64,000 nt of DNA from Burkholderiaceae bacterium. Lineage in GTDB: Bacteria > Pseudomonadota > Gammaproteobacteria > Burkholderiales > Burkholderiaceae_C. Shown piece after piece: positions 28,676 to 37,603 of this stretch (positions are counted from its first letter, which is position 1; each line of letters begins with the position of its first letter). The notes under the pieces were generated by a model. It made no database searches and was not told where the DNA came from. It saw nothing but the letters and a program-made list of their open reading frames with translations. A program made the translations under genes and the position numbers. Location of the stretch: the NCBI GenBank assembly GCA_030123545.1, contig CP126124.1, forward strand, positions 1,451,784 through 1,515,783, given 5' to 3'.

Positions 28676-29205
28676 CCGCATCCGCTTCGCCTGCCGCTGG
28701 CGCGGCTACGGCTGCGCTTGCAGCACCTTCCGGCCAGCCCGCCAGCACACCGCTGACGCGCGTTGCACTGGCCTACATTGAACCGCGCTTCAAGCTCTAC
28801 CTGCGCTTCGGCGAACCTGCGCGCACGCTCCAGCTCGACCGCTGGCGGCGCTGCGCGGTGTTCCTGCCGAGCGCGATTTTCTGCCGCATCCGCTGGCAGG
28901 CCAACGACTACGGCACCGTGCGCTGGCAACTCATGGTGATGCAGGCTTGCACGCCGCTGAACGCGGCGCAGCGCATTCCCGGCGTGCAGCCGGGCGCGCG
29001 CCTGCTGTTGCACGCCGAAGGCGAGCAATCGGTGCGCGCCGTTCTGGAACGCATCGACGCCATCGAGGCGCTGGACATCGCGCCTGTCGGCGCCTCGCCC
29101 GCGTACTGGCGCACGCTCGCCAACCGGCTCGCTGCGCGCCTGCCGCTGCCCGAATACACCGCCGAGCGGCACGCCGCCTGGCTGGCAGGGAGGGCACTGC
29201 CATGA
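28672..29205 (+). CDS. DUF2840 domain protein
   Basis: 177 aa: LTRVALAYIEPRFKLYLRFGEP... Start overlaps the upstream stop. Confidence 0.7.
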   Translation: MTASASPAAGAATAALAAPSGQPASTPLTRVALAYIEPRFKLYLRFGEPARTLQLDRWRRCAVFLPSAIFCRIRWQANDYGTVRWQLMVMQACTPLNAAQRIPGVQPGARLLLHAEGEQSVRAVLERIDAIEALDIAPVGASPAYWRTLANRLAARLPLPEYTAERHAAWLAGRALP

Positions 29206-29789
29206 CCGCAGTTTCCACTTCCGGCACCGCGCCGCCCCCTCGCTTGCGCGTGCGCGCTCGCCTCGTGTTGGCGGGCCTGTCCGCCTGCGGCCTCGCTGCG
29301 CTGGCCTGGGCGTCCTTCGTGCATCCACTGCCGCGCCTGACCTACAACCCGTCCGACAGCGTGGCGGTCGGTTGGTATCGCGTCGATCCGCTCGACCGTC
29401 GCACCAGCTCGCCGCCACGTCGGCTGGAAGTGGGTAGCATCGTGCTGGTGCCGCTGCCTGCCGAGGCTGCCGCGCTCGCTGCGCAGCGCAGCTACCTGCC
29501 GACGCGCATCCCACTGCTCAAGCGCGTGGGCGCGGTCGCACCGCAGGAGGTGTGCGTCATTGGGGGCAGCGTCCGCATCGACGGCGTGCCTTCGGCCGCC
29601 GTGCTGTCTGCCGATCGCTGGGGCCGTCCGCTGCCATCCTGGTCGCAGTGCCGCCGCCTTCGGCCTGGCGAGCTGTTCCTGCTCAGCGTCACCAATCCGG
29701 CGTCGTTCGACAGCCGGTATTTCGGGCCGGTCAGCGTAGCCGCCGTGATCGGCGTTGCGCGCCCGGTCTGGCTGGAGCCTCGCCCATGA
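29202..29789 (+). CDS. traF: S26-family signal peptidase TraF (pilin maturation)
   Basis: 195 aa: YNPSDSVAVGWYRV, LLKRVGAV, SFDSRYFGPV. Confidence 0.85.
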   Translation: MTAVSTSGTAPPPRLRVRARLVLAGLSACGLAALAWASFVHPLPRLTYNPSDSVAVGWYRVDPLDRRTSSPPRRLEVGSIVLVPLPAEAAALAAQRSYLPTRIPLLKRVGAVAPQEVCVIGGSVRIDGVPSAAVLSADRWGRPLPSWSQCRRLRPGELFLLSVTNPASFDSRYFGPVSVAAVIGVARPVWLEPRP

Positions 29790-30241
29790 TCGCCACCGAT
29801 TCGCTGCGCATCATCGTGCTATCGGGCGTGTCGTTCTGCTGGCCGTCGCCGTGTCGTCGCGCGTGCAGTGCCGGTGCCAATACTTCGCATTGGGCACCGC
29901 ACTTCGCGCTGTCTCCGGCGCAGCCGTCCAACGTGCAGGCGTCTTGCCTCGAACGCGGCTGGACTTCGGCCATCGCCGTGTTCGCCGGGGCGCTGGCTGC
30001 TCGCGCAGCAGCGTCGCCGGGCCGCCGCGGCCCGGAGCGCCAGCGAGGGGCAAAGGCGGAAGGCAAGACAAAAGGGTGCGGCACCTGTCGGCCCGCAAAG
30101 CCAGTCTGCACGTGGGGGTGGCGCGGCACGGAGCGGCTTCGCCGCCGTGCCGCGTGGGGCGCGAAGCCCGCGCCAATGCAGGCATGTCCGCGTGCTTCGC
30201 ACGACCGGACACGCCAGAGCTTGCAGGGAGCGCAGCCATGA
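29786..30241 (+). CDS. hypothetical ORF between traF and the relaxase (the Msi107 position in ICEMlSymR7A)
   Basis: ATGA overlaps at both ends (traF stop and relaxase start). Good GC3 and a signal-like MIATDSLRIIVLSG start, but the remainder is Cys/Trp/Arg-rich and not protein-like. Confidence 0.3.
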   Translation: MIATDSLRIIVLSGVSFCWPSPCRRACSAGANTSHWAPHFALSPAQPSNVQASCLERGWTSAIAVFAGALAARAAASPGRRGPERQRGAKAEGKTKGCGTCRPAKPVCTWGWRGTERLRRRAAWGAKPAPMQACPRASHDRTRQSLQGAQP

Positions 30242-32232
30242 CCGACCGCCGCGACGATGATTTCCGCATCCGCCCCAGTGCCCCGAAGAACCGGGGCCAG
30301 GGCTTCGTCTCCAAGGTGCTCAGGCAGGCAGGCAAGGCCAGCAGCGGCAAGTCCTCGGTGCGCCGTCCTGGCGCCAGCGGCAGCGGACAGCGCGCCGGCC
30401 AGCGGCCCGGCTCGCGCCTGGGACGCGGCCACACGGCAGCGCGCTTCGCGGGGGCGAAGCTCACGCCCATGTCGCGGCGCGTGGCCATCAAGACGCTGCT
30501 GGTCAATCAGCAGCGGGCCAGCCCGCAGTCGCTCGCCAAGCACCTGCGCTACATCGAGCGCGACGGCGTGGGCCGCGATGGCGAGCCGGGCCAAGCCTAC
30601 GGGCCGCAGACCGATACCGCCGACCTCGACGCCTTCAAGGAACGCTGCGCCGATGACCGGCATCATTTCCGCTTCATCCTCTCGCCCGAGGATGGCGCCG
30701 AGCTGGAAGACCTGCGCACCTACACGCGGCACCTCATGGGCCGGATGGAGGCCGACCTGGGCACGGGCCTCGATTGGGTGGCCGTCAACCACTGGAACAC
30801 CGACAACCCACACATGCACATCGTCGTGCGCGGGCGCGACGACACCGGCAAAGACCTCATCATCGCGGGCGACTACATCGCCGGTGGCTTCCGCCATCGC
30901 GCCGCCGAACTGGCGACCGAATGGCTGGGGCCGCGCACCGAGCTGGAGATCCAGCAGACCTTGCAACGCGAGGTGGAGCAAGAGCGGTGGACGAGCCTCG
31001 ACCGCACGCTGCAACGCGAGGCCGGCGAGGATGGCCGGGTGCAGATCGAACGCTTCAACGAACTGCGGCTGCAACGCCAGCGCCTGCTGCTGATCGGCCG
31101 CCTGCAACGCTTGCAGCGCCTGGGCCTGGCCGACGAGATGCAGCCGGGCACCTGGGCCGTTCATGCCGATGCGGAAAAGACGCTGCGCGCCCTGGGCGAG
31201 CGCGGCGACATCATCCGCACCATGCAGCGGGCCATGCGTGGCGAGCCGCGCGAGCTGGCGGTGTTCGAGCCGGGCCAAGGTGCCGATGGAAGTGGCCGAA
31301 CCATCCTCGGCCGCGTGGCCGCGAAGGGGCTGGCCGACGAACTGCGCGACCGAGGCTATCTGGTCATCGACGGAGTGGACGGCAAGGCCCACTACGTCGC
31401 GCTCAACGCCCGCGACGAACTGGTGAACTATCCGGCCGGCGCCGTGGTGGAAGTGAAGGGTTCGGCCGACGTGCGGGCGGCAGACAAGAACATCGCCGCG
31501 CTGGCGAGCGATGGCCTGTACCGCACCGACCATCACCTAGCAATTGCGCAGGGTCAAGCCGTGCCCGGCCGCGATCCGCAGGAAGTCGTCGCCGCCCACG
31601 TCCGCCGGCTCGAAGCCCTGCGCCGGGCCGGCATCGTGGAGCGCGTGGCCGAGGGGCTATGGAAGGTGCCGGACGATCTGCCCGAGCGTGGCCGCCAGTA
31701 TGACGCGCAGCGCCTGGGCGGCGTGGCTGTGGAACTGAAATCGCACCTGCCCATCGAGCGGCAGGCCCGCGTGATGGGGGCCACTTGGCTCGACCAACAA
31801 CTGATCGGCGGCGGCTCGGGCCTGGGCGACCTGGGCTTTGGCAGCGAGGCCAAACAGGCGATGCAGCAGCGCGCCGACTTCTTGGCTGAACAGGGGCTTG
31901 CAGAGCGTCGCGGGCAGCGCGTGATCCTGGCGCGCAACCTGCTGGGCACGCTGCGCTACCGGGAACTGGCGCAGGCCGCCAAAGACATTGCGGCCGACAC
32001 CGGCCTGGAGCATCGCCCGGTGGCCGACGGGCAGCGCGTGGCCGGTATCTACCGGCGCAGCGTCATGCTCGCCAGCGGTCGGTACGCGATGCTGGACGAC
32101 GGCATGGGCTTCAGCTTGGTGCCGTGGAAGCCAGTGATCGAGCAGCGACTGGGGCAGCAGCTTGCGGCGACGGTGCGTGGCGGAGCGGCCTCATGGGAAA
32201 TCGGGCGTCGGCTTGGAGTTTCTTTGAGCTAG
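30238..32232 (+). CDS. conjugative relaxase (VirD2-like N-terminus plus DUF3363)
   Basis: 664 aa from MTDRRDDDFRIRP. Histidine triad HWNTDNPHMHIVVRG; YIERDG motif. Confidence 0.88.
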   Translation: MTDRRDDDFRIRPSAPKNRGQGFVSKVLRQAGKASSGKSSVRRPGASGSGQRAGQRPGSRLGRGHTAARFAGAKLTPMSRRVAIKTLLVNQQRASPQSLAKHLRYIERDGVGRDGEPGQAYGPQTDTADLDAFKERCADDRHHFRFILSPEDGAELEDLRTYTRHLMGRMEADLGTGLDWVAVNHWNTDNPHMHIVVRGRDDTGKDLIIAGDYIAGGFRHRAAELATEWLGPRTELEIQQTLQREVEQERWTSLDRTLQREAGEDGRVQIERFNELRLQRQRLLLIGRLQRLQRLGLADEMQPGTWAVHADAEKTLRALGERGDIIRTMQRAMRGEPRELAVFEPGQGADGSGRTILGRVAAKGLADELRDRGYLVIDGVDGKAHYVALNARDELVNYPAGAVVEVKGSADVRAADKNIAALASDGLYRTDHHLAIAQGQAVPGRDPQEVVAAHVRRLEALRRAGIVERVAEGLWKVPDDLPERGRQYDAQRLGGVAVELKSHLPIERQARVMGATWLDQQLIGGGSGLGDLGFGSEAKQAMQQRADFLAEQGLAERRGQRVILARNLLGTLRYRELAQAAKDIAADTGLEHRPVADGQRVAGIYRRSVMLASGRYAMLDDGMGFSLVPWKPVIEQRLGQQLAATVRGGAASWEIGRRLGVSLS

Positions 32233-32688
32233 TCACTTGAGGCTATGTGCCCCATGAACATGACCCCTGCGCGTTGCTGGCTCGTGCACCTGGCGCGATG
32301 CTGAGGACAGTTCGGTCAAGATGCCGCACTGGCTGGCCTGCTGGGATTCCCGGCAGCTTTCCCGCAAGGTCTTGAGCTGTCGTTCCAACGCTTTCAATTC
32401 CTTGATGCGGGTAGCCACATGGTCGATGTGCTCGTCGAGCAGGTCATTCACCTGGGCGCAGTTCTCGTGCGGAGCATCCTTGAAGCGCAATAGAACCCGG
32501 ATTTCATCCAGTGTCATGTCCAAACCCCGGCAGTGCCGGATGAAGGACAGTCGGTCAACGTGTTCTTCTGCGTACATGCGGTAGTTGCCATCTGTACGGG
32601 CCGTTTCTGGTAGCAAGCCTTCACGCTCGTAGTACCGGATCGTCTCTACCTGGGTATGTGCGGCCTTAGCCAGTTCGCCGATTTTCAT
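32233..32688 (-). CDS. MerR-family heavy-metal-responsive regulator (CadR/PbrR/ZntR type)
   Basis: 151 aa: MKIGELAKAAHTQVETIRYYEREGLL, metal-binding Cys (HENC, QCG), and a His-rich tail. Confidence 0.85.
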   Translation of the reverse strand: MKIGELAKAAHTQVETIRYYEREGLLPETARTDGNYRMYAEEHVDRLSFIRHCRGLDMTLDEIRVLLRFKDAPHENCAQVNDLLDEHIDHVATRIKELKALERQLKTLRESCRESQQASQCGILTELSSASRQVHEPATRRGHVHGAHSLK

Positions 32689-32739
32689 AGCTTCATCTTG
32701 AGCGGTCGCGAGTTTTTCTCCAAGGCTCATTGTAGGCGC

Positions 32740-32770
32740 TTGACTCTGTAGTGGGTATAGGGTTTCCAAT
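32740..32770 (+). promoter_or_regulatory. candidate MerR-type promoter/operator for the ATPase gene
   Basis: TTGACT at 32740-32745, followed by the imperfect dyad CTCTGTAG-N4-TATAGGG and a weak -10 after a spacer of about 19 bp. Sits divergent to the MerR gene. Confidence 0.4.
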
Positions 32771-32791
32771 TTGCCTGAAAAGGAGAATTTC

Positions 32792-35236
32792 ATGAACCCT
32801 GCCCACCAACGCCAACACGCCGACGCTGCTTGCTGCGGGAGTAGCTGTGCAACAGTGCCTGCGGTGCCCGAGCCAACACCGTCTGATGCAACGACTGTCG
32901 AGCCGCAGCGCTTTCGCATAGCAAACATGGACTGCGCCTCGGAGGAGTCGGAAATCCGCCGGGCGCTGGAAGGCATGGCGGGGATTCGCGGCCTGCGATT
33001 CAACCTAGGGGATCGAGAGCTTGCCATTGCCGCCGATGACCACGCGCTGCCCCAAGCCCTGGAAGCGATCCGCAAAGCGGGTTTCAAGCCAGAACCCCTC
33101 GGCGCGAAGAATGCCCAGCGCTTCCGCATTGCAAACATGGACTGTGCCTCGGAGGAGTCGGAAATCCGCCGGGCGTTGGACGGCATGGCGGGAATTCGTA
33201 GCCTGCAATTCAATCTGGGCGACCGCGAGCTGGCCATTGCCGCCGATGATCCTGTCTTGCAGCAGGCGGTGGACGCGATCCGCAAGGCAGGCTTCAAGCC
33301 GGAACCTCTTGGCGATACCGGGTCGTCGGCTGCTGCCGCTGCGGTTGCCTCGCCAACGGGCTTCTGGACGACCTGGGGCAAGTCGCTGGGCGCCTTGGGG
33401 CTCGCCGTGGCGGCCGAAGGCTTGGCATTCGCCTTCCCAGACAGCGTGCCAGTCAAGGCGCTGGGAATGGCACTGGCTGCGGCGGCCATCGCGCTGTCGG
33501 GTTTCTCGGTTTACGGCAAGGGACTGGCCGCGCTGCGACAGGGCCGCTTGAACATCAATGCCCTGATGACCGTGGCCGTGACCGGCGCTTTTCTGATCGG
33601 CCAGTGGCCCGAAGCGGCGATGGTGATGGCCTTGTATGCCATTGCGGAAGCCATCGAGGCGCGCGCCGTGGATCGGGCGCGCGGTGCCATCAAGAGCTTG
33701 CTGGCGCTCGCGCCGGAGCAGGCCGAAGTGCGTCAAGACGACGGCAGTTGGGCACGCATCGGCGTCAAGGAAGTCACTGTGGGCGCGACGGTGCGTATTC
33801 GCCCCGGCGAGCGCCTTCCTCTGGATGGCATCGTGACCTTGGGCCAGAGCGCCATTGACCAATCCCCCGTGACCGGCGAAAGCCTGCCGGTGGACAAGAG
33901 CCCTGGCGATGAAGTCTTCGCCGGCACCATCAATCAGGCTGCGGCGCTGGAAATCCGTGTTACGGCGCCTGCTTCCGACAGCACGCTGGCGCGCATCATC
34001 CACGCCGTTGAGCAGGCCCAGTCCTCCCGCGCGCCCACCCAGCGTTTCGTGGATCGCTTTGCCGCCATCTACACGCCTGCGGTGTTTGTCCTGGCCGTTG
34101 CCGTTGCGCTGTTGGCTCCGTGGCTCATGGGGCTGACCTGGATGCAGGCCGCCTATAAGGCTCTGGTGCTGCTGGTCATTGCCTGCCCCTGCGCCTTGGT
34201 GATTTCCACGCCCGTCACCGTCGTCAGCGGTTTGGCCGCCGGGGCGCGGCGGGGCATCCTGATCAAAGGCGGTGTGTACCTGGAAGAGGCGCGCAAGATC
34301 AAGGCCGTGGCGCTGGACAAGACCGGCACCATCACCGAAGGCAAGCCCAAGCTGGTGGCCTTCGAGCCCGTGGACGCAGGACTCGGTCAGCAAGTCCTGG
34401 AGGGGCTGGCCAAGAGCCTCGCGGCGCGGTCGGATCACCCGGTGTCCAAAGCCATCGCGGACGGCGTGTCATCCGCCGCGCAAGAGGTGGACGAATTTCA
34501 GGCCGTTGCCGGGCGCGGCGTGCAGGGGGTGATCGACGGCCATACCTATGTGCTGGCCAACCACCGCTGGATCGAAGAGCGCGGGCAATGCTCGGCTGAA
34601 CTCGAAGCCCGCCTCGCAGTGCATGAACAAGCGGGCCGTACCGTCACGCTGCTGGCCAGCAGCGAACGGGTCATGGCCATCTGCGCGGTGGCTGACACGA
34701 TCAAACCCTCGTCGGCGCAGGCCGTGGCCGACCTGAAGGCGCTGGGTGTGACGCCGGTGATGCTGACGGGGGACAACCTAGCGACGGCGCAAACCGTCGG
34801 CGCCCAGGCGGGCATCGCCGAGGTGCGCGGCAACCTGCTGCCCGAAGACAAGCTGCGCGCCATCGGCGAGCTTCAGCAGCGCCTGGGCGTCACGGCGATG
34901 ACCGGCGACGGCATCAACGATGCCCCCGCGCTGGCGAAGGCTGACATCGGCTTCGCTATGGGCGGCGCGGGCACCCACACGGCGATGGAAGCCGCCGACG
35001 TGGTGGTCATGAACGACGACCTGCGCCGCCTGCCCGAAACGATCCGGCTATCCAAGCGCACCCACGCCGTGCTGTGGCAGAACATCGCGCTCGCGCTGGG
35101 CATCAAGTTGGTGTTCTTGCTGCTGGCCATCTTCGACGATGCCTCCATGTGGATGGCCGTGTTCGCCGACATGGGGGCGAGCCTGCTGGTGGTCTTCAAC
35201 GGGCTGAGGCTGCTCAGGCAGCGGGCGGGTCAGTAA
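32792..35236 (+). CDS. P1B-type heavy-metal (Zn/Cd/Pb) translocating ATPase with two tandem HMA domains
   Basis: 814 aa with CCGSSC, two FRIANMDCASEESEIRRAL HMA domains, CPC, DKTGTIT, SDHPVSKAI and GDGINDAP. Confidence 0.92.
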   Translation: MNPAHQRQHADAACCGSSCATVPAVPEPTPSDATTVEPQRFRIANMDCASEESEIRRALEGMAGIRGLRFNLGDRELAIAADDHALPQALEAIRKAGFKPEPLGAKNAQRFRIANMDCASEESEIRRALDGMAGIRSLQFNLGDRELAIAADDPVLQQAVDAIRKAGFKPEPLGDTGSSAAAAAVASPTGFWTTWGKSLGALGLAVAAEGLAFAFPDSVPVKALGMALAAAAIALSGFSVYGKGLAALRQGRLNINALMTVAVTGAFLIGQWPEAAMVMALYAIAEAIEARAVDRARGAIKSLLALAPEQAEVRQDDGSWARIGVKEVTVGATVRIRPGERLPLDGIVTLGQSAIDQSPVTGESLPVDKSPGDEVFAGTINQAAALEIRVTAPASDSTLARIIHAVEQAQSSRAPTQRFVDRFAAIYTPAVFVLAVAVALLAPWLMGLTWMQAAYKALVLLVIACPCALVISTPVTVVSGLAAGARRGILIKGGVYLEEARKIKAVALDKTGTITEGKPKLVAFEPVDAGLGQQVLEGLAKSLAARSDHPVSKAIADGVSSAAQEVDEFQAVAGRGVQGVIDGHTYVLANHRWIEERGQCSAELEARLAVHEQAGRTVTLLASSERVMAICAVADTIKPSSAQAVADLKALGVTPVMLTGDNLATAQTVGAQAGIAEVRGNLLPEDKLRAIGELQQRLGVTAMTGDGINDAPALAKADIGFAMGGAGTHTAMEAADVVVMNDDLRRLPETIRLSKRTHAVLWQNIALALGIKLVFLLLAIFDDASMWMAVFADMGASLLVVFNGLRLLRQRAGQ
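32906..33314 (+). repeat. 210-bp in-frame tandem duplication encoding the two HMA domains
   Basis: 32906-33104 aligns to 33116-33314 with scattered, partly synonymous differences. Confidence 0.85.
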
Positions 35237-35258
35237 AACTGAATATGGAGTGTTGAAA

Positions 35259-35549
35259 ATGGGAATTCTGGATCGAATTTTTGGCGGGCATGGCGGGGGG
35301 CATGGCAGTTCCCACGGGCATGGCAATAGCCGCGGCCACGGTAGCCCCAGCAGCCACGACTGGGGGCACAATCCAGCGCCTTCGGTCAGTGGCATCACCT
35401 GCCCGCAATGCAAAGCGATCAATCCGAACGGCGCTCGCTTTTGCGGCCAGTGCGGGACATCGCTGGTGCCAGCGTCGTGCACGAAGTGCAGTAGCGTCAT
35501 TCCGATCGGCGCGAAATTCTGTGCTCAGTGCGGCAACGCGGTAACTTAA
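35259..35549 (+). CDS. His/Gly-rich double zinc-ribbon protein
   Basis: 96 aa: GGHGGGHGSSHGHGNSRGHGSPSSHDWGH, then CPQC...CGQC and CTKC...CAQC. Confidence 0.7.
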   Translation: MGILDRIFGGHGGGHGSSHGHGNSRGHGSPSSHDWGHNPAPSVSGITCPQCKAINPNGARFCGQCGTSLVPASCTKCSSVIPIGAKFCAQCGNAVT

Positions 35550-35552
35550 GTC

Positions 35553-36245
35553 ATGGTGATCTCGGCCTGGATCTACACCTTGATCCCGGCAGCGGCCGCC
35601 ATCATCGGAGCTGCGGTCGCGGTGAACGTGCGGCCGGGGCCAACACTGGTCAGCGCGATTCAGCATTTCGCCGCTGGCGTCGTGTTCGCGGCGGCGGCCG
35701 GCGAAATCTTGCCCGACATCATGCACCGGGCCTCGCCTTGGGCGACGATGATCGGCGGCGGAATCGGCGTCGCCACCATGCTGCTGGTGAAGCATCTGGA
35801 AGCGTTGGCGAAGGGGCCGGCCGGTCTCCTGACCGTGATCGGCATCGACATCCTGATTGATGGCTTGGTGCTTGGTATCGGGTTTGCGGCTGGCCCAAAG
35901 GTCGGCTTGCTTCTGACCATCGCCCTGACCATCGAGGTTCTGTTCCTGGGATTGACAGTGGCCACGGAACTCGGCGAGAGCGTTCGCTCCCGTGCCAGGG
36001 TCGTCTGGATCACGGCCGCGCTCGTGCTCTTGCTGCCGATCGGGGCCTTGCTTGGAGCGCCGGTGGCGCTGTTGCCCAACCCTCTTCTGACTGGCTTCTT
36101 CGCGTTTGGTCTGATTGCGTTGCTCTACCTCGTGACCGAAGAACTGCTGATCGAAGCACACGAAACGCCAGATCGCCCCTGGGTGACGGCGATGTTCTTT
36201 GTCGGCTTTCTGGCGCTTCTCCTGCTGGAAGAAGTAATTGGCTAG
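35553..36245 (+). CDS. ZIP-family divalent metal transporter
   Basis: 230 aa, multi-pass: HFAAGVVFAAAAGEILPD, LVTEELLIEAHE. Starts 4 nt after the zinc-ribbon stop. Confidence 0.7.
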   Translation: MVISAWIYTLIPAAAAIIGAAVAVNVRPGPTLVSAIQHFAAGVVFAAAAGEILPDIMHRASPWATMIGGGIGVATMLLVKHLEALAKGPAGLLTVIGIDILIDGLVLGIGFAAGPKVGLLLTIALTIEVLFLGLTVATELGESVRSRARVVWITAALVLLLPIGALLGAPVALLPNPLLTGFFAFGLIALLYLVTEELLIEAHETPDRPWVTAMFFVGFLALLLLEEVIG

Positions 36246-36280
36246 TGGAGCCAGTCTGTTGGTGGTGCCCGATCCGTTGA

Positions 36281-37603
36281 CTATTGCGCGCGCGGGGTGG
36301 GCACCATGAGCCCGATAGACGTGATGCCGTTGCTCGAATCGACCATCGTCCGCCCTCCGTGCATGCGGGCGATGGCAGCCACGATGGCCAAGCCCAGTCC
36401 ATGATTGCGGGCGGCATCCGACCGCGCTGCATCTGCCCGGTAGAAGCGGTTGAACAGATTGGGCAAATGCTCGGCTGAAATCGTCTGCCCCTCGTTCACC
36501 ACCCGCAGGGCGATCTCGCCGTCCAGCCGGTCGATTTGCACGACAACGGTGCTGTGCGGATGCGCGTGCCGGGTTGCGTTGCCGATCAGGTTGGACAATG
36601 CGCGCTGCAATAGGCGCACGTCGGCCAAGCCAGTGGCATCACCATTGATACGAACTTTCAGCCCGGCTTCCTCAATGGCTGCCTCGTGCAATTCCACCAC
36701 CGTGCGCGCAACGCCTGCCATGCTGGCGACGTGCTCGCGGCGGGCCTCAGCCCCACGGTCGGCTTGCGACAGAAAGAGCATGTCCTGCACGATCATCGAC
36801 ATGCGCTGGAGATCTTCGAGGTGCGAGCCCAACACGTCTCGCAACGTGTCGGCATCGCGTGCTTTGCGCAAAGCAACTTCAGTGCCCCCCATCAACGTCG
36901 CCAACGGCGTGAACAGTTCATGCGCAACGTCAGCATTGAAGGCTTCCAGTTGTTCGTAGGCTTTGTGCAGACGCTTCAGCAACTCGTTGACGTGAGCCAC
37001 CAGCGGAGCCAGTTCGTCGGGTTGAGCGGAGCCATCCAGAAGCCGGTGCAGAGTATCGGCCTCCAGTGCCTGGATCTGAGCCGAGAGGTCGCGCACGGGA
37101 CGCAGCCCGATTTGCACCAGCGTAAATCCGCCAGCAGCAATCACCACTGCGCCAGCGAGTGCGGCGGCGACGAGCGTGCGGGCTAGGCGTTCTAGCACAC
37201 GATCGTCCTCGCTGACATCAAGACTCAGCACCGCCTGGATGGGGGGGATGCCGGTCGTAGCCTCGAATCGCATGTCGATCACGCGGTGATGCACTGGAAT
37301 GCCGGCGCTGGCATAGATGACGCTGCCGTCGGCACGGGTCAGGATCAATTTCATGTCCTGTCGGCCGACCATGCCATCGTCGAGCTTGTGTGCGAGCGTG
37401 CCGCTGTCTAACTCTGCTGCCTCGGCAATAAGATGGTTCACCTGGGTCTGCTGTTGCCGCAGCGTGTCCATCTGCCGCTCCTTGAGGCTCAGCGCGGTGA
37501 CGGTGTAAATGCCCAGGCAGGTTAAGGCCAGCCCGACCAGTGTGAGAAGTGCGAGCCAACGGGCAAGCCGCCGTCCCAGCGATCCGGCACGCCTGGGTCT
37601 CAC
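36281..37603 (-). CDS. czcS: heavy-metal sensor histidine kinase
   Basis: GTG start at 37603 in a GTGA overlap with the regulator stop. Two TM segments, HAMP, FNADVAHELFTPLATL, GLGLAIV. Confidence 0.8.
   Translation of the reverse strand: MRPRRAGSLGRRLARWLALLTLVGLALTCLGIYTVTALSLKERQMDTLRQQQTQVNHLIAEAAELDSGTLAHKLDDGMVGRQDMKLILTRADGSVIYASAGIPVHHRVIDMRFEATTGIPPIQAVLSLDVSEDDRVLERLARTLVAAALAGAVVIAAGGFTLVQIGLRPVRDLSAQIQALEADTLHRLLDGSAQPDELAPLVAHVNELLKRLHKAYEQLEAFNADVAHELFTPLATLMGGTEVALRKARDADTLRDVLGSHLEDLQRMSMIVQDMLFLSQADRGAEARREHVASMAGVARTVVELHEAAIEEAGLKVRINGDATGLADVRLLQRALSNLIGNATRHAHPHSTVVVQIDRLDGEIALRVVNEGQTISAEHLPNLFNRFYRADAARSDAARNHGLGLAIVAAIARMHGGRTMVDSSNGITSIGLMVPTPRAQ

Noticed and set aside
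29731-31536. 601-aa minus-strand ORF opposite the relaxase
   Set aside because: It is a shadow ORF. The + frame has the relaxase histidine triad and DUF3363-type sequence.
33005-34438. 477-aa minus-strand ORF, and other antisense ORFs within the ATPase and czcA (e.g. 42596..43744)
   Set aside because: They are antisense to genes with complete P-type ATPase and RND motif sets and have a low-complexity composition.
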